This document shows positions 1 through 9,972 of a DNA stretch of 64,000 bases, piece by piece; position 1 is the first letter of the stretch; each line of letters opens with the position of its first letter. Source of the stretch: an uncultured archaeon (GTDB taxonomy: Archaea > Thermoproteota > Bathyarchaeia > Bathyarchaeales > Bathycorpusculaceae). The stretch covers positions 96,001 through 160,000 of the forward strand of contig CAWALK010000018.1 in assembly GCA_963782915.1 (NCBI GenBank), written 5' to 3'. The position numbers and the translations under genes are program-made. Below the pieces are notes generated by a model. The model was not told the origin of the DNA and did not search any database. It saw nothing but the letters and a program-made list of their open reading frames with translations.

Positions 1-183
1 TAGGTAGAGTTGGTTGGCGTTTTCGAATGTTACGAGTGATGCCTCGACGATTTCGCCCAGGTAGCGTTGGAGTACTTTGTAGCTTAGGTTGGCTTGGTAC
101 ATGATTTGTGTTTTTTTGGCTTCTCGACTTACGACGCTTAGGATGTCTGCTATTATGTCTAGTCTATCTCTATAATTCACCAA
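1..183 (-). CDS. Winged-helix transcriptional regulator (HTH_45-like), truncated by window edge
   Basis: Hand translation: MVNYRDRLDIIADILSVVSREAKKTQIMYQANLSYKVLQRYL..., the R-x-x-x-I-I-x-x-I-L...KT-x-IMY-x-ANL archaeal wHTH signature; not in the ORF track. Confidence 0.8.
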   Translation of the reverse strand, partial: MVNYRDRLDIIADILSVVSREAKKTQIMYQANLSYKVLQRYLGEIVEASLVTFENANQLYL

Positions 184-217
184 GCAAATTCTTCCGTCTA
201 GGTTAAAATTTCGTTTT

Positions 218-610
218 TTATTTATGCAGCCAACCGCGACCGTTCTTTTTCTGTTGCGGTTTGTTTTTTTGATCTTTAACTAATAATTCATCGCTGGTTT
301 TTCTTTTGGATGGCTGCGTTTTGATGTTATCTTTAACGAATTTGTTCCATCCGCCAACAGTTGGATTTGGAGGGATGTATCTTTCTGCGTTTGTCACTTC
401 GTGTTGTTCGAGAATATCTTTGAAGTTTAAAACTTTGAAGTCTCTTGTCGCATGAATGACGGTACCTTTATCGATGAAAAGTGAGCTGTAATCGTTGACT
501 GCGATGCCTTCAGCGCGTACTCTGTCATCTAATCGTTCAGTCCATAGTCTTTTCCATTCGACTTTTAATTCGTCTACGAATTCTTTCTGTTTTAGCGTCA
601 TAACTAACAA
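218..610 (-). CDS. Hypothetical protein
   Basis: 130-aa ORF with protein-like composition, co-oriented upstream of the wHTH gene. Confidence 0.6.
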   Translation of the reverse strand: MLVMTLKQKEFVDELKVEWKRLWTERLDDRVRAEGIAVNDYSSLFIDKGTVIHATRDFKVLNFKDILEQHEVTNAERYIPPNPTVGGWNKFVKDNIKTQPSKRKTSDELLVKDQKNKPQQKKNGRGWLHK

Positions 611-996
611 TTCCCTTCATGGTAGAAGCGGATGAGAAAAATCGGTTTTACTAAAAAATTTTCTACTAAAACTCGCTTGAGGATTAAGCCTCAATAAGTA
701 TCTGTCCTTTCGCGGTTATTTAAACTGTAAGGATAAATTGTTCTAGTTTTATCTACAATAAAACTTTGTTTTCTGTATTTTTTACGTCTTTCTGTTAGAT
801 GGAATTATTGTTTGACATAGAACAAGATTGGTTTAGTATAGAAGATATTTTCTTTGAACACCAATCTTTTGATAGTTTTCTATAAAATTCTTTAATGTTT
901 TGTGGTTTAATAAGCATTTACTCGACTGAGCTGTTGGGGTTTGGGCGTTTAACATTTAAATTCTACTTGATACTATTGATTTTGCAGTGATTCTTT

Positions 997-2179
997 ATGT
1001 CAATGTCATCTACTGCAAAGGAAGTATATTCTCAACAATTTAATACCGTTTTAGAAAATGACAGTGCTTCCAGATGCTTGGAGGGTTTCAAGAAGGGAAT
1101 GCCGCCGGTTTTAGCTGTCCTAGATGAAAAGGGACTTATATGTGGGGATGGTTAGTCGGCGATCGATCCTGCGAACTCGACTAGATTTAAGTCGAATTAA
1201 AGTTAAGAGCGTGATGACTACTGCTCCAGAAGTCAGTTTGGTAGATTCGCTTACTCGTATTGCCAAGTTGATGATTGGAAGCGGCGTGCGTCAACTGCCA
1301 GTTATTGATAAGGGCAAACTTGTCGGTTTCGTCACTGATGAAGCCGTGATTCATGCGGTTGTTGGTGCGGAATGGGGTAGCAGCCCTGTTGAATCAGTTA
1401 TGACTCGTGCACCCCATACGTTGGAGGCTAATCGCAGTGTCGGCGCAGTTTTGGGTGTTATGCGTGAATTCGGCATTTCACATGTGCCAATTATGGAGAA
1501 GGGTCGTCTTGCGGGTTTAGTTAGTGTGCAGGATATTTTGGAGAACCTGTATTTTCCGCCCAAGCGTATGGGAAACATGGATGTTGCCGGCGACCGCATA
1601 GATACCTTGGGTGTAGCTGCCAAGGGGATCATGAGTGCGCCTGTGATTACGGTTGAGCCTAAAAAGAGTCTTCGTGAATGTGAGCAAATGATGCATGATC
1701 GTGATGTTTCATGCCTTTGTGTTGTTGATGGCGAACGATTGATCGGAGTAGTTACCAAGTTAGACTTTTTGGAACCAATTAGCCAAATGGAAACTGCGGA
1801 ACGTCGTTTAACGATTCAGTTTGGCGTAAAAGACGTGGATATTAGCTCTGAGCAACAGGATTTCATGATGACAGAGTTCGATTCATTCACACATCGCTTC
1901 CAAGAAGCCTTCCAGTTGGGCTCACTATTCGTTTACATGAAGAGCCATCGTGGCACAAACATGCGTGGAACCCCAATGGTACATTGCCGACTGCAATTCC
2001 GAACTACCCGAGGAAACTTCTTTGCCGCCAGTGAAGGCTGGGGAATCGAACCCACATTCAAGGTTGCACTCGACCGATTAGAACGCCGTTTGCTGAGAAG
2101 TAAAGAGTTGCTGGCGTATAATCCGCGGTTTGCTAGGGATTATTTGCGTAAGATGGGTATGCCGCAGGAAGAAGAATAA
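997..2179 (+). CDS. CBS-domain protein with C-terminal HPF/RaiA-like domain (putative ribosome hibernation factor); one frameshift near 1135
   Basis: CBS repeats (VMTTAP..QLPVID..GFVT; VMTRAP..HVPIM..GLVS; IMSAPV..GVVT); C-terminus LFVYMK..VHCRLQFRT..FFAASEGWG..FKVALDRLERRL resembles HPF; upstream frame MSMSSTAKEVY...VLDEKG joins the 1124 ORF by a 1-nt shift. Confidence 0.75.
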
Positions 2180-2235
2180 TTTAGCTTCAACTTTTTCTTT
2201 TTTTGTCCTAATTTTTTTTACTTGCGTTTGCTTGT

Positions 2236-2455
2236 TGTTGCGTGCGATTTTTTCTCTATCCCCCTATTATATAGGCTCAACTAATAGCCAAGGCACATTT
2301 GTAAGAGTAAGCGTTCATTGGAGAGCAACTTGTCTTTGGCTGCATCCATTGATTGATCATTGTGTTTGTACGCGTTTGTTTTCAGGCGCTTTCTTGTTTT
2401 TAACGTGTGAGAGAATTGTTGCTCTGCCGACCTACCCCCTCCCCTATATATAGAC
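2236..2455 (-). repeat. Dispersed repeat cluster (module A and A' copies)
   Basis: Reverse complement reads CTATATATAGGGGAGGGGGTAGGTCGGCAGAGCAACAA and GCCTATATAATAGGGGGATAGAGAAAAAATCGCAC. Confidence 0.75.
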
Positions 2456-2596
2456 TCGACAGGTGTGAAAACCTTCATGCGGTGTCTGTGTGGTTTTGTT
2501 TTAGAAATATTGACCAATCAACGTTTGTTGGGAGAATTAACGGTAATACTAGTCAATTTTGCAGAACAAAATTTTAGGAAAAAACCAAGAAAGGGG

Positions 2597-3415
2597 TTAT
2601 ATGGGAATTCGGGAGCCGTCAAAACCTATCTTTGAAATTCCCAATTCATCCTTCATTTCCCGCAATTTCGCAGCATTGAATACCGGACCATCCCTGCAAA
2701 CTCGATACTTGCCGATCAAACAGCTTCCGCATAAGCCGATTCCGCAGCGCATCAGCCGCTCTAAACTGGCTTCAATGGGCAACTTGCGGGCTTCAGTCAT
2801 TTCAAAGATTTTTTTAACCATGACTTCTGGTCCGCAAACATAGATCATGTCGAAATGTTCCTTATCGAGCAAGGTTGCTAGTGGCTGTGTTACGAGGCAC
2901 TGTAGCCCTGCGGTGCCGTCTTCGGTTGTGGTGATTATGTTTTTTTCTTGGCAGACTCCGCCGATTTCGCGGACAAATAAGAGTTCGTCTTTAGTTTTTG
3001 CGCCTTCAACAAATGAGAGCCGCTCGGTTTTGGCTGCTAACTGTTTTGCTAGGAAGAGCAGTGGTGCGGTTCCTGTTCCGCCGCCTACTAAGAGGACTTT
3101 GCCGCGGCTTTCGGTGAAGCTGTTGCCGAATGGTCCGCGTATGCCGATGGTTGCGCCTGCCTCCATTGTATGCAGGTGGCGGGTTGCGTCGCCGACGGCT
3201 TTTACGGATACTGAGACTAAATCGTTGGACGCATCCATAATGCTTAACGGTATCTCGTCTATGCCTGGAATCCAAAGCATCAAAAACTGCCCCGGCTTAG
3301 CCTTACTGCACAGTTTATCGGTAAACACAAACGTTTTCACTGATGGACTCTCATTGCGGACCTGCACAATCTGAGTCGTTCGCATCGAATTATTTGCGGT
3401 GGGCAAGTCCGACAA
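2597..3415 (-). CDS. pyrK: Dihydroorotate dehydrogenase electron transfer subunit
   Basis: PGQF, RGPFG, GGGTG, CGP and CGIGLCGSC...CRDGPVF [2Fe-2S] motifs; overlaps pyrD. Confidence 0.93.
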   Translation of the reverse strand: MSDLPTANNSMRTTQIVQVRNESPSVKTFVFTDKLCSKAKPGQFLMLWIPGIDEIPLSIMDASNDLVSVSVKAVGDATRHLHTMEAGATIGIRGPFGNSFTESRGKVLLVGGGTGTAPLLFLAKQLAAKTERLSFVEGAKTKDELLFVREIGGVCQEKNIITTTEDGTAGLQCLVTQPLATLLDKEHFDMIYVCGPEVMVKKIFEMTEARKLPIEASLERLMRCGIGLCGSCLIGKYRVCRDGPVFNAAKLREMKDELGISKIGFDGSRIPI

Positions 3416-4319
3416 TCTCCTTCACACTCCGAACGTTTTTCTTTCTCAAGTAATTCTCTACTCCTTTAGTTACTGACTGGAAAACTTCCATGTCTTCGGC
3501 GACTGCTGTGCCGATTTGTACCGCGCTGGCTCCGGCTAAGAAGAATTCGACTGCATCTTTCCAGTTTGTGACGCCGCCGCATCCGATGATTGGGATTTCG
3601 AATTGGTCAGCGATGTCATAAACACAGCGCAATGCAACTGGCTTCATGCAAGCACCGGATAAACCGCCTTTTACGTTTGCGAGGATGGGCAGTTGGGTTT
3701 CTGTGTCGATTGCGATGGCTTTGAGGGTGTTTACGGCTGTTAGGGCGTCTGCGCCTGCTTCAACAGCTGCCTGCGCAAGAATCGTTATGTCTGCAACGTT
3801 AGGTGATAACTTGACAATCAAGGGTTTGTTCATTGCTGCTTTGACTTGTTGCACGACTTCTGAGAGAAACTTGGGGCTTTGCCCAATCTCTGCACCCGTC
3901 TGCTTAACGTGCGGACAGGAAACATTGAGTTCGATTGCATCTGCACCAGCTTCAGCCGCTTTTTTGGCAACTGACGCATACTCTTCTGCGGAGTAGCCGA
4001 AGACGCTTACAATCACTGGTACATGCAAGAGGGTTTTTGAGAATTTGATTTCTTCACTAAAAACATCAATGCCTGGGTTTGGAAGCCCCATTGCATTAAT
4101 CAAACCAGCCTCAGCCTGCACAACTGTGGGGTTTGGGTAGCCGCCCCGTGGCTGTAAACCGACGGATTTGGTGACGATTGCGCCTGCGCCGCTTTTGGCG
4201 ATGCGTTCGAAGGACTCTGCTGTGTAACCCATGATGCCTGACGCGAGCATCGTGGGGTTTTGTAATTGTAATCCAGCAAAGCTTATGCTTAATGCGTTGC
4301 TTTCCAAACTAAATTTCAC
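3390..4319 (-). CDS. pyrD: Dihydroorotate dehydrogenase (family 1B) catalytic subunit
   Basis: NPTMLASG, NAMGLPNPG, ELNVSCPH, VKLSPN, GGLSG, GASAVQIGTA. Confidence 0.95.
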   Translation of the reverse strand: MKFSLESNALSISFAGLQLQNPTMLASGIMGYTAESFERIAKSGAGAIVTKSVGLQPRGGYPNPTVVQAEAGLINAMGLPNPGIDVFSEEIKFSKTLLHVPVIVSVFGYSAEEYASVAKKAAEAGADAIELNVSCPHVKQTGAEIGQSPKFLSEVVQQVKAAMNKPLIVKLSPNVADITILAQAAVEAGADALTAVNTLKAIAIDTETQLPILANVKGGLSGACMKPVALRCVYDIADQFEIPIIGCGGVTNWKDAVEFFLAGASAVQIGTAVAEDMEVFQSVTKGVENYLRKKNVRSVKEIVGLAHRK

Positions 4320-4449
4320 CCTTCAATCTAGGTTTATTGAGTTTAGTAAGATAAATGTTCGTTTGGAGTTGTAATGCCTGCTATGGGGGCCAGCGACTAA
4401 GCGATTTTGTGTCAATTTAAAACAAGTTTGGAAAGAGAGCGGCTGCTGG

Positions 4450-4490
4450 GAAAGAAAAAAGAAAAATAGGGACATAGCCGTCGGCTATAT
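4450..4490 (-). terminator. Hairpin plus oligo-T terminator after the micro-ORF
   Basis: ATAGCCG-A-CGGCTAT inverted repeat followed on the minus strand by CCCTATTTTTCTTTTTTCTTT. Confidence 0.5.
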
Positions 4491-4494
4491 CGTC

Positions 4495-4545
4495 TTATTT
4501 CTTCTTTTTAGCTTTTTTATCGTCTTTTTTTGGAGCTTTCGCCAC
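4495..4545 (-). CDS. Putative 16-aa lysine-rich micropeptide MAKAPKKDDKKAKKKK
   Basis: GTG start after GAGGT, upstream TTTTAAATA box, TAA stop followed by hairpin and T-tract. Confidence 0.5.
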   Translation of the reverse strand: MAKAPKKDDKKAKKKK

Positions 4546-4743
4546 GCTACTAACCTCAAAAGTATGTTAGAACCCGATTTGTATTTAAAATTTGCCAAAC
4601 GCTAAGTGAACTGCCCCGACCAACGAATAAGCTGAAAAACAGCCGCTAACTCCAAAATAACCCTAAAATCAACCGATAAAAAAAGCAAGTCGCCCATATA
4701 AAATGGGCTATGCAAATTATACATTTACATGTAAAAAATCGAG

Positions 4744-6306
4744 TTACTGATATTTCCCGAACAAAGCCTCATCCTGAACATAGTCCCGCCCAACCCTCAA
4801 CGCCGCCTCAGCCTTCGCCAATTCACCCCCCAAATACCCAGCATGATCCAACCGAGAAACCAAACCTAACCGCAAAACCTCAGCCAAAACCGCTTGGGCA
4901 TCCACGCCGCGAATGGCACAAGAAGGCTCCTTTGCATCTTCAGTGGCATAATGCATAGCTACTATTTCACCAGCCTCGCGGTCAACCATAACACGGAAGA
5001 CACCGCATGGATCCATCATCACAGGCGTGACCTCCTGCTTTTTAGCCTCAACCACTTTGGCGGCGCCAACATTGAAGGGCAATTCACGCTCCACCTTACC
5101 CTTTAAGACCAGCAAATCCAAACCTAAATCCCTTGGAACCGAATCCCGCTTCTTAGCCAAAAACATCATCTTCGCCGCCACAGAAACCTCAGCCACGCTA
5201 CCTCTTGCTTTAGGCGTCTTTTCGGTAGTCAACAAAATATCCACATTAACCTCAGAGGATAATCGGGCAAGCAGTGCATTGAGACCCACTGAATCAGCAT
5301 CAAAGAGTTCCACGACGTTGGCGATGCCAATCAAAAGAGGCACATCTGGGTTTTTGCGGTTGAATTCTCGGAAAGCAACATAAGAATCCATAATATGCGA
5401 GGGCTCGAGGATTAGGTCGCCGATGACTTTTTTGAACCCCAACTGCTTCGCCTGTGCAATTAAACGCTCCAGCATTCGCACGCGGGCTTGGGGTTTTTGT
5501 GGGAAGATGCCTCGGCGCTGATTAGTCGGAATAACTACAACTGCAATGTCTTTTGCGAAGGGTGCGATGGCTTCGAGGTTGCCTGCGTCGGCACTGAGGA
5601 TTAAATCTACTCCGGCAGCAACTGCCGCTCCGATTTCAACTGGGTTAAGCGTGTCTATGCTGACTGGCACATTTACGACGGCTTTTACTGCGGCAACGGC
5701 GCGTTTAACTTCCTCTGGGCTGGTTTGTCCTGCAACCATGCCTATGTCGATGATGTTTGCGCCGGATTTCACGTATTGTTTGGCTAAGCGCTGGATTTCA
5801 GCGGTTTCAAGAAGTGGTGCATCGACTATTTCGGCTAAAACACGCATTGGGAAACTCTTTGCCAACAGCCAAATCGGCAATCACCAAGTTGCCCTGCTTT
5901 TTAAGCAGTATTTCGCGGTTCTGCTCCACCTTTTCCAACTCCGCTAAAGCCTTTTCTTGGAGTTCCTCGCGGAGCAAATCGCATGCAGGCACGGTTGTTG
6001 AAAGCGTCACTTCGCCAAGGCAATCCAAAACAACGGGCAAGTCGGCGGCATAGCGCGGCCCCTTAAAGGCGGGAATCTTGAGGGCGCCGTAATGGTTTTT
6101 GTGTCGCCTAACATTTGACCCGGCGTTAAAATAATATCCACATCTTTCAGCGGCACTTTTTTGAGTGCTTCACTGATAATCTTGGGTGTTAGGAATGCGG
6201 CGACAGGAACGTTTAGAGCAATTACTTCGGTGGGGGTACTGGATTGTTTTGCGTATTGTTTTACGGTGTTTTCTGCGAGGGTTCCGGTGATTAGGAGTGC
6301 TTTCAT
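4744..6306 (-). CDS. Dihydropteroate synthase-related protein with C-terminal DUF4346-like domain (MJ0107-like); two frameshifts
   Basis: Three consecutive ORF pieces (6007-6306, 5807-6040, 4744-5880); RVLAEIVDAP, GANIIDIG, PVSIDT, ADSVGLN, MDPCGVF, HAGYLGGEL..AE motifs. Confidence 0.8.
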
Positions 6307-6473
6307 GGTTGTGGCCTTCTGTTTCGAATGGTTTGTTGTGGATGGGTATTTGTTATTGCGTTGTGTTATTTAGCGGTTGCTTGTGTAAAAATTGGTGGGC
6401 GAAATCTTTTATAGGCTGATGGTATGTAAAAAGTTACACAACGATGAAAAATAATACACGGGAGCCTTAAGAA

Positions 6474-7250
6474 ATGATGAAACAAATAACAAGTAGACAA
6501 GTCGCCCTCGCCGCAATATTCGCAGCCCTATACGTCGCCGTAAATGTTGCCATACCAATCGCCATTCCTGTTGGAGTGACAGGATTAACAATCACCATAT
6601 CAGCTCTGATCGCTACATTATTTGGCATAATACTAGGACCCTACTTAGGAACCGCAGCAGCCCTGATAGGAGCAGTAGTTTCATTTGCCCTCCTCGGCAT
6701 GGTACCATACAACCTGCCCTTCCTACTATCACCACCCTTAAACGCGTTAGTTTCAGGTGCGCTATTCTACAAAAAATGGATACTGGCTGTTGTACCGTTC
6801 ATTGTGATAATGATAGCCTTCGTCTTCACCCCCCCAGTAATCGCCTTTGGAAATCCCCAAGTAGCCATATGGGTTCTATGGGACAAAATAATCGCAGTAG
6901 CACTCATTGCACCACTCATGCTGTTTAGAAAACAGTTATCCGCAGGTTACGCAGCAGGCATATTCTTCCTAATAGCATTCATCGGCAACCAAGCAGACAA
7001 TATATGGGGTTCATTCGCCTTCGCACTGCCACAAGTCTATGAAGGAATATATGGCATGCCCATGGAAGCCGTCCAAGTCGCTTTCCTCGCAGCACCATTC
7101 ATCTATCCAGCTATACGACTGCTACAGGCATTCATTATTATGCTGATTGCTGTACCGTTGATTCGAGTGCTATCTCAAACAAACTGGATGTGGAGCAAAG
7201 ATAACATATTATCTCAAACGCCCACCGTCACTCAGCCAGTAAAAGCATAA
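6474..7250 (+). CDS. ECF-transporter S-component-like membrane protein
   Basis: N-terminal VALAAIFAALY motif, GIILGPYLG, multiple TM helices. Confidence 0.65.
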   Translation: MMKQITSRQVALAAIFAALYVAVNVAIPIAIPVGVTGLTITISALIATLFGIILGPYLGTAAALIGAVVSFALLGMVPYNLPFLLSPPLNALVSGALFYKKWILAVVPFIVIMIAFVFTPPVIAFGNPQVAIWVLWDKIIAVALIAPLMLFRKQLSAGYAAGIFFLIAFIGNQADNIWGSFAFALPQVYEGIYGMPMEAVQVAFLAAPFIYPAIRLLQAFIIMLIAVPLIRVLSQTNWMWSKDNILSQTPTVTQPVKA

Positions 7251-7358
7251 GCGCCGTAACTTCTTTTCTTCTTTATTTTTCCAGTTGTAATTTTATGCAA
7301 TGTTTTTAAGGAATCAAACGACTAGTTCCTTAGCGAAATTTCTGAGGCTTCCTTTTAA

Positions 7359-8732
7359 ATGGCAGTTAAGGTTGCGTTAGTTTATCCGTTTTTTCATCCA
7401 GCCAACGATAATTCCATCTTCCGTTTTCCACCATTAGGGTTAGGCTACATAGCCGCCGCTTTGGAACGCCAAGGCGCGGAGGTGGAGTTGGTTGACTGCA
7501 CATTTCTCAAACCCCAACAAGCCATAGAACGCGTAGTCAAGGCCAGACCGCAAGTTGTGGGCTTCTACTGCATGTTCTCCATGAAAAAAACCACCCTCGA
7601 ACTCGCCCAAACCATCCGAAACCAAGTCGGCGGTGACTGTACGTTTGTGGTTGGGGGTCCGTTGCCGTCGTGGGCTCCTGAAGCGTTTTTGGGTGTTTTC
7701 GATGCTGTTGCCGTGGGGGAGGGTGAGCAGACCATGGTTGAACTTACCCAATGCATAGCTGAGGGAAAGGGGCTGTCAAGTGTGAAGGGTTTGGTGTACC
7801 GAGAAGGAAACCGCACAGTCACAACTCCTGCGCGCCCATTTATCGAAGACCTAAACAGCTTAGCTTTCCCCACACGCCAACAATTCGACAACGAAGCCTA
7901 CAAGGGCTACTACAAAAAAAGCTTCGGCTACACAATCACATCAATGATTACCAGTCGAGGCTGCCCCTTTAGGTGCGATTTCTGTAGCCGCCCCATCTTT
8001 GGCGCTGACATGCGAACCCGCTCAGTCGGCAACATCGTAGACGAAGTAGAAGCCATCGCCGATTTGGGTTATGACCGGGTATGGTTTGCGGATGACTGCT
8101 TCACGCTTAACAACCGCCATTTAACCGCTGTCTGCGAGGAGTTGACGAGGCGGCGGTTGGATGTGGGTTGGGAGTGCCTCTCACGCGTCGACACTATGGA
8201 TGCCCAAGTGGCTTCGGCGATGAAGCGTTCGGGTTGCATACAAGTCTTCTTCGGCATCGAATCTGGGAACGATTCGGTTTTGGGGTTGATGAATAAACGA
8301 ATCACAACCGAGCAGGCAAAGCGTGCGGTGCATGTGGCTAAGGCTGCGGGATTAAAGGTTGGCGCATTCTTCATCGTCGGGTACCCAGGCGAATCCGATA
8401 AAACGGTTCTTGATACCGTGCGGTTTGCTTCTGGGCTGCCGTTGGATTATGTATCCTTCACATTGCCATACCCCATACCTGGAACGCCACTTTATGAACG
8501 GGTCAAGGGTGATGGTGTGTCGATTGAGGATTGGGAGGAACCCAAAAATTACCGCTTAATCCGCCATAAGTTGCTCTATGCATCGGGTTTTAGTGAGTCA
8601 AAACTAAAGTTTGCTATCATAAAAGCGCAGGGGCAGTTCTATGGCAGAAAAATCCTCAAAAACAGCGCTTACCATGTGCTGGGTGAACCTTTTGAGCGCT
8701 TAACTGATTACGCGTTTAAATGCATGCGGTAA
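7359..8732 (+). CDS. Cobalamin-binding radical SAM protein
   Basis: PPLGLGYIAA and VVGGP B12-binding domain; SRGCPFRCDFC CxxxCxxC; FGIESG. Confidence 0.9.
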   Translation: MAVKVALVYPFFHPANDNSIFRFPPLGLGYIAAALERQGAEVELVDCTFLKPQQAIERVVKARPQVVGFYCMFSMKKTTLELAQTIRNQVGGDCTFVVGGPLPSWAPEAFLGVFDAVAVGEGEQTMVELTQCIAEGKGLSSVKGLVYREGNRTVTTPARPFIEDLNSLAFPTRQQFDNEAYKGYYKKSFGYTITSMITSRGCPFRCDFCSRPIFGADMRTRSVGNIVDEVEAIADLGYDRVWFADDCFTLNNRHLTAVCEELTRRRLDVGWECLSRVDTMDAQVASAMKRSGCIQVFFGIESGNDSVLGLMNKRITTEQAKRAVHVAKAAGLKVGAFFIVGYPGESDKTVLDTVRFASGLPLDYVSFTLPYPIPGTPLYERVKGDGVSIEDWEEPKNYRLIRHKLLYASGFSESKLKFAIIKAQGQFYGRKILKNSAYHVLGEPFERLTDYAFKCMR

Positions 8733-8749
8733 AGTAATCCTGCAGCTTG

Positions 8750-9150
8750 TAGTTTGCTTCTCAACCAGCCGCCGACCCAAGCAGGCACAGACACCAAAAC
8801 AGGAAAGCTTTACCAAAGGGGCTAGGCCAGCTGCCGACTGTATTGTACTATCTTTAAAATTAACTGAGCTCTGCTAATTGCAGCATTGAATCCCTTATTT
8901 TGCCTTTTTATAAGGGGAGGGGGGTCTTGGCAGAGCAACAAAGATACCGTATTTATTCTTTATATAAGGGAGGGGGTAGGTGCTCCGAGGTAGGTAGGTC
9001 TCATAAACTCAAAAGGTGTAGCCGAACCGATCTGCTTGCGGAAACCTCCATAACCAGCCGGCAATCCAACCCAACTTGGACACAAAAAAGTAGCCGCCAA
9101 CAAAGCCCACAGGAAGAAGAGTAAGGGAGCTCTTGCCGTCATCTTCTACT
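8750..9150 (+). repeat. Dispersed repeat cluster (two A and two C modules)
   Basis: TATAAGGGGAGGGGGGTCTTGGCAGAGCAACAA; CTTTATATAAGGGAGGGGGTAGGTGCTCCGAGGTAGGTAGGTC; C module TAACCAGCCGGCAATCCAACCC. Confidence 0.75.
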
Positions 9151-9238
9151 AAAAAACAGATAAACAAACAGGGTACCCTTAACCTTTTAAACGCAAAAGC
9201 GCACATTTGCTTAACCAGCAGGCAAATGGGCAGCAGAC

Positions 9239-9496
9239 ATGGCGGATAAACGCAAAGGTTCAGTACAGATACGATTCGAAATCCTAGAGTACCTCTTCTT
9301 CGCAGGCAAAAACCAGCTTCGTACCCATGTTTGGCGAAAAGCCACCGACGCCTCATACGACGACTTCCTAAAACACCTCACCTACCTAAAAGAGAAAGGC
9401 TTGGTGAACGAAACCACAGAAGGCCACATATTACTGACGATTGAGGGACGGAAAATCTACACCAGCCTCCGAGACAGCTTGCCTTCACTGCTATAA
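9239..9496 (+). CDS. Winged-helix DNA-binding protein
   Basis: 85 aa; YDDFLKHLTYLKEKGLV...LTIEG wHTH pattern. Confidence 0.75.
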   Translation: MADKRKGSVQIRFEILEYLFFAGKNQLRTHVWRKATDASYDDFLKHLTYLKEKGLVNETTEGHILLTIEGRKIYTSLRDSLPSLL

Positions 9497-9553
9497 CTTT
9501 CACCACTGGTGAATTAGCTATATAATAGAACAAAAAAATCAGGTAATAACATA

Positions 9554-9886
9554 ATGACCCAAAAAGACACAGACGAAGTATACCCCGTGCGCACAATGCA
9601 CGAGTTCCTCTACCAAGTGGAACGAGAAACCAACCGATTCAAACGCGGCGCAGTCATAAGTATCCTAATTTCCGCGTTAATGCTAGCTCTATTGGCTTTA
9701 GTTGCAATTGAAACCATCGGGCGGGGGTTCGTCGCCAGCGGTATCATCTTAGAAGTCGTCTTAGCGGGCTTTCTTGTTTACAGCATTTACCTTATGAGCT
9801 TCCAGTACCGCTTCTTCCGAAGGTGGGAAAAACGTCTGGATCGCTTAGATGCATTGGAAGCTAAACTTATGCCAGACGAGCAATAA
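9554..9886 (+). CDS. Small membrane protein (2 TM)
   Basis: Two hydrophobic helices and a charged tail. Confidence 0.65.
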   Translation: MTQKDTDEVYPVRTMHEFLYQVERETNRFKRGAVISILISALMLALLALVAIETIGRGFVASGIILEVVLAGFLVYSIYLMSFQYRFFRRWEKRLDRLDALEAKLMPDEQ

Positions 9887-9972
9887 CTCTTTTTGTTATG
9901 CACCTTTGGTGTATAGCTCGAGTGCGTCACCGTTTATACCCAGATTGGGCTCATTTTGAATTGTGAACTAAA

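Noticed and set aside
2130-2517. ORFs 2130-2453 and 2281-2517, and similar ORFs at 8900-9142, 28096-28323, 32417-32632 and 45332-45523, some sharing short peptides such as GGGRSAEQQ or FSLSP
   Set aside because: The shared peptides are translations of the non-coding repeat modules; frames, starts and lengths are not conserved between copies
8900-9005. Two nearby G-rich repeats as a possible mini-CRISPR array
   Set aside because: Copies diverge, spacing is irregular, they are dispersed in both orientations, and no cas genes are present
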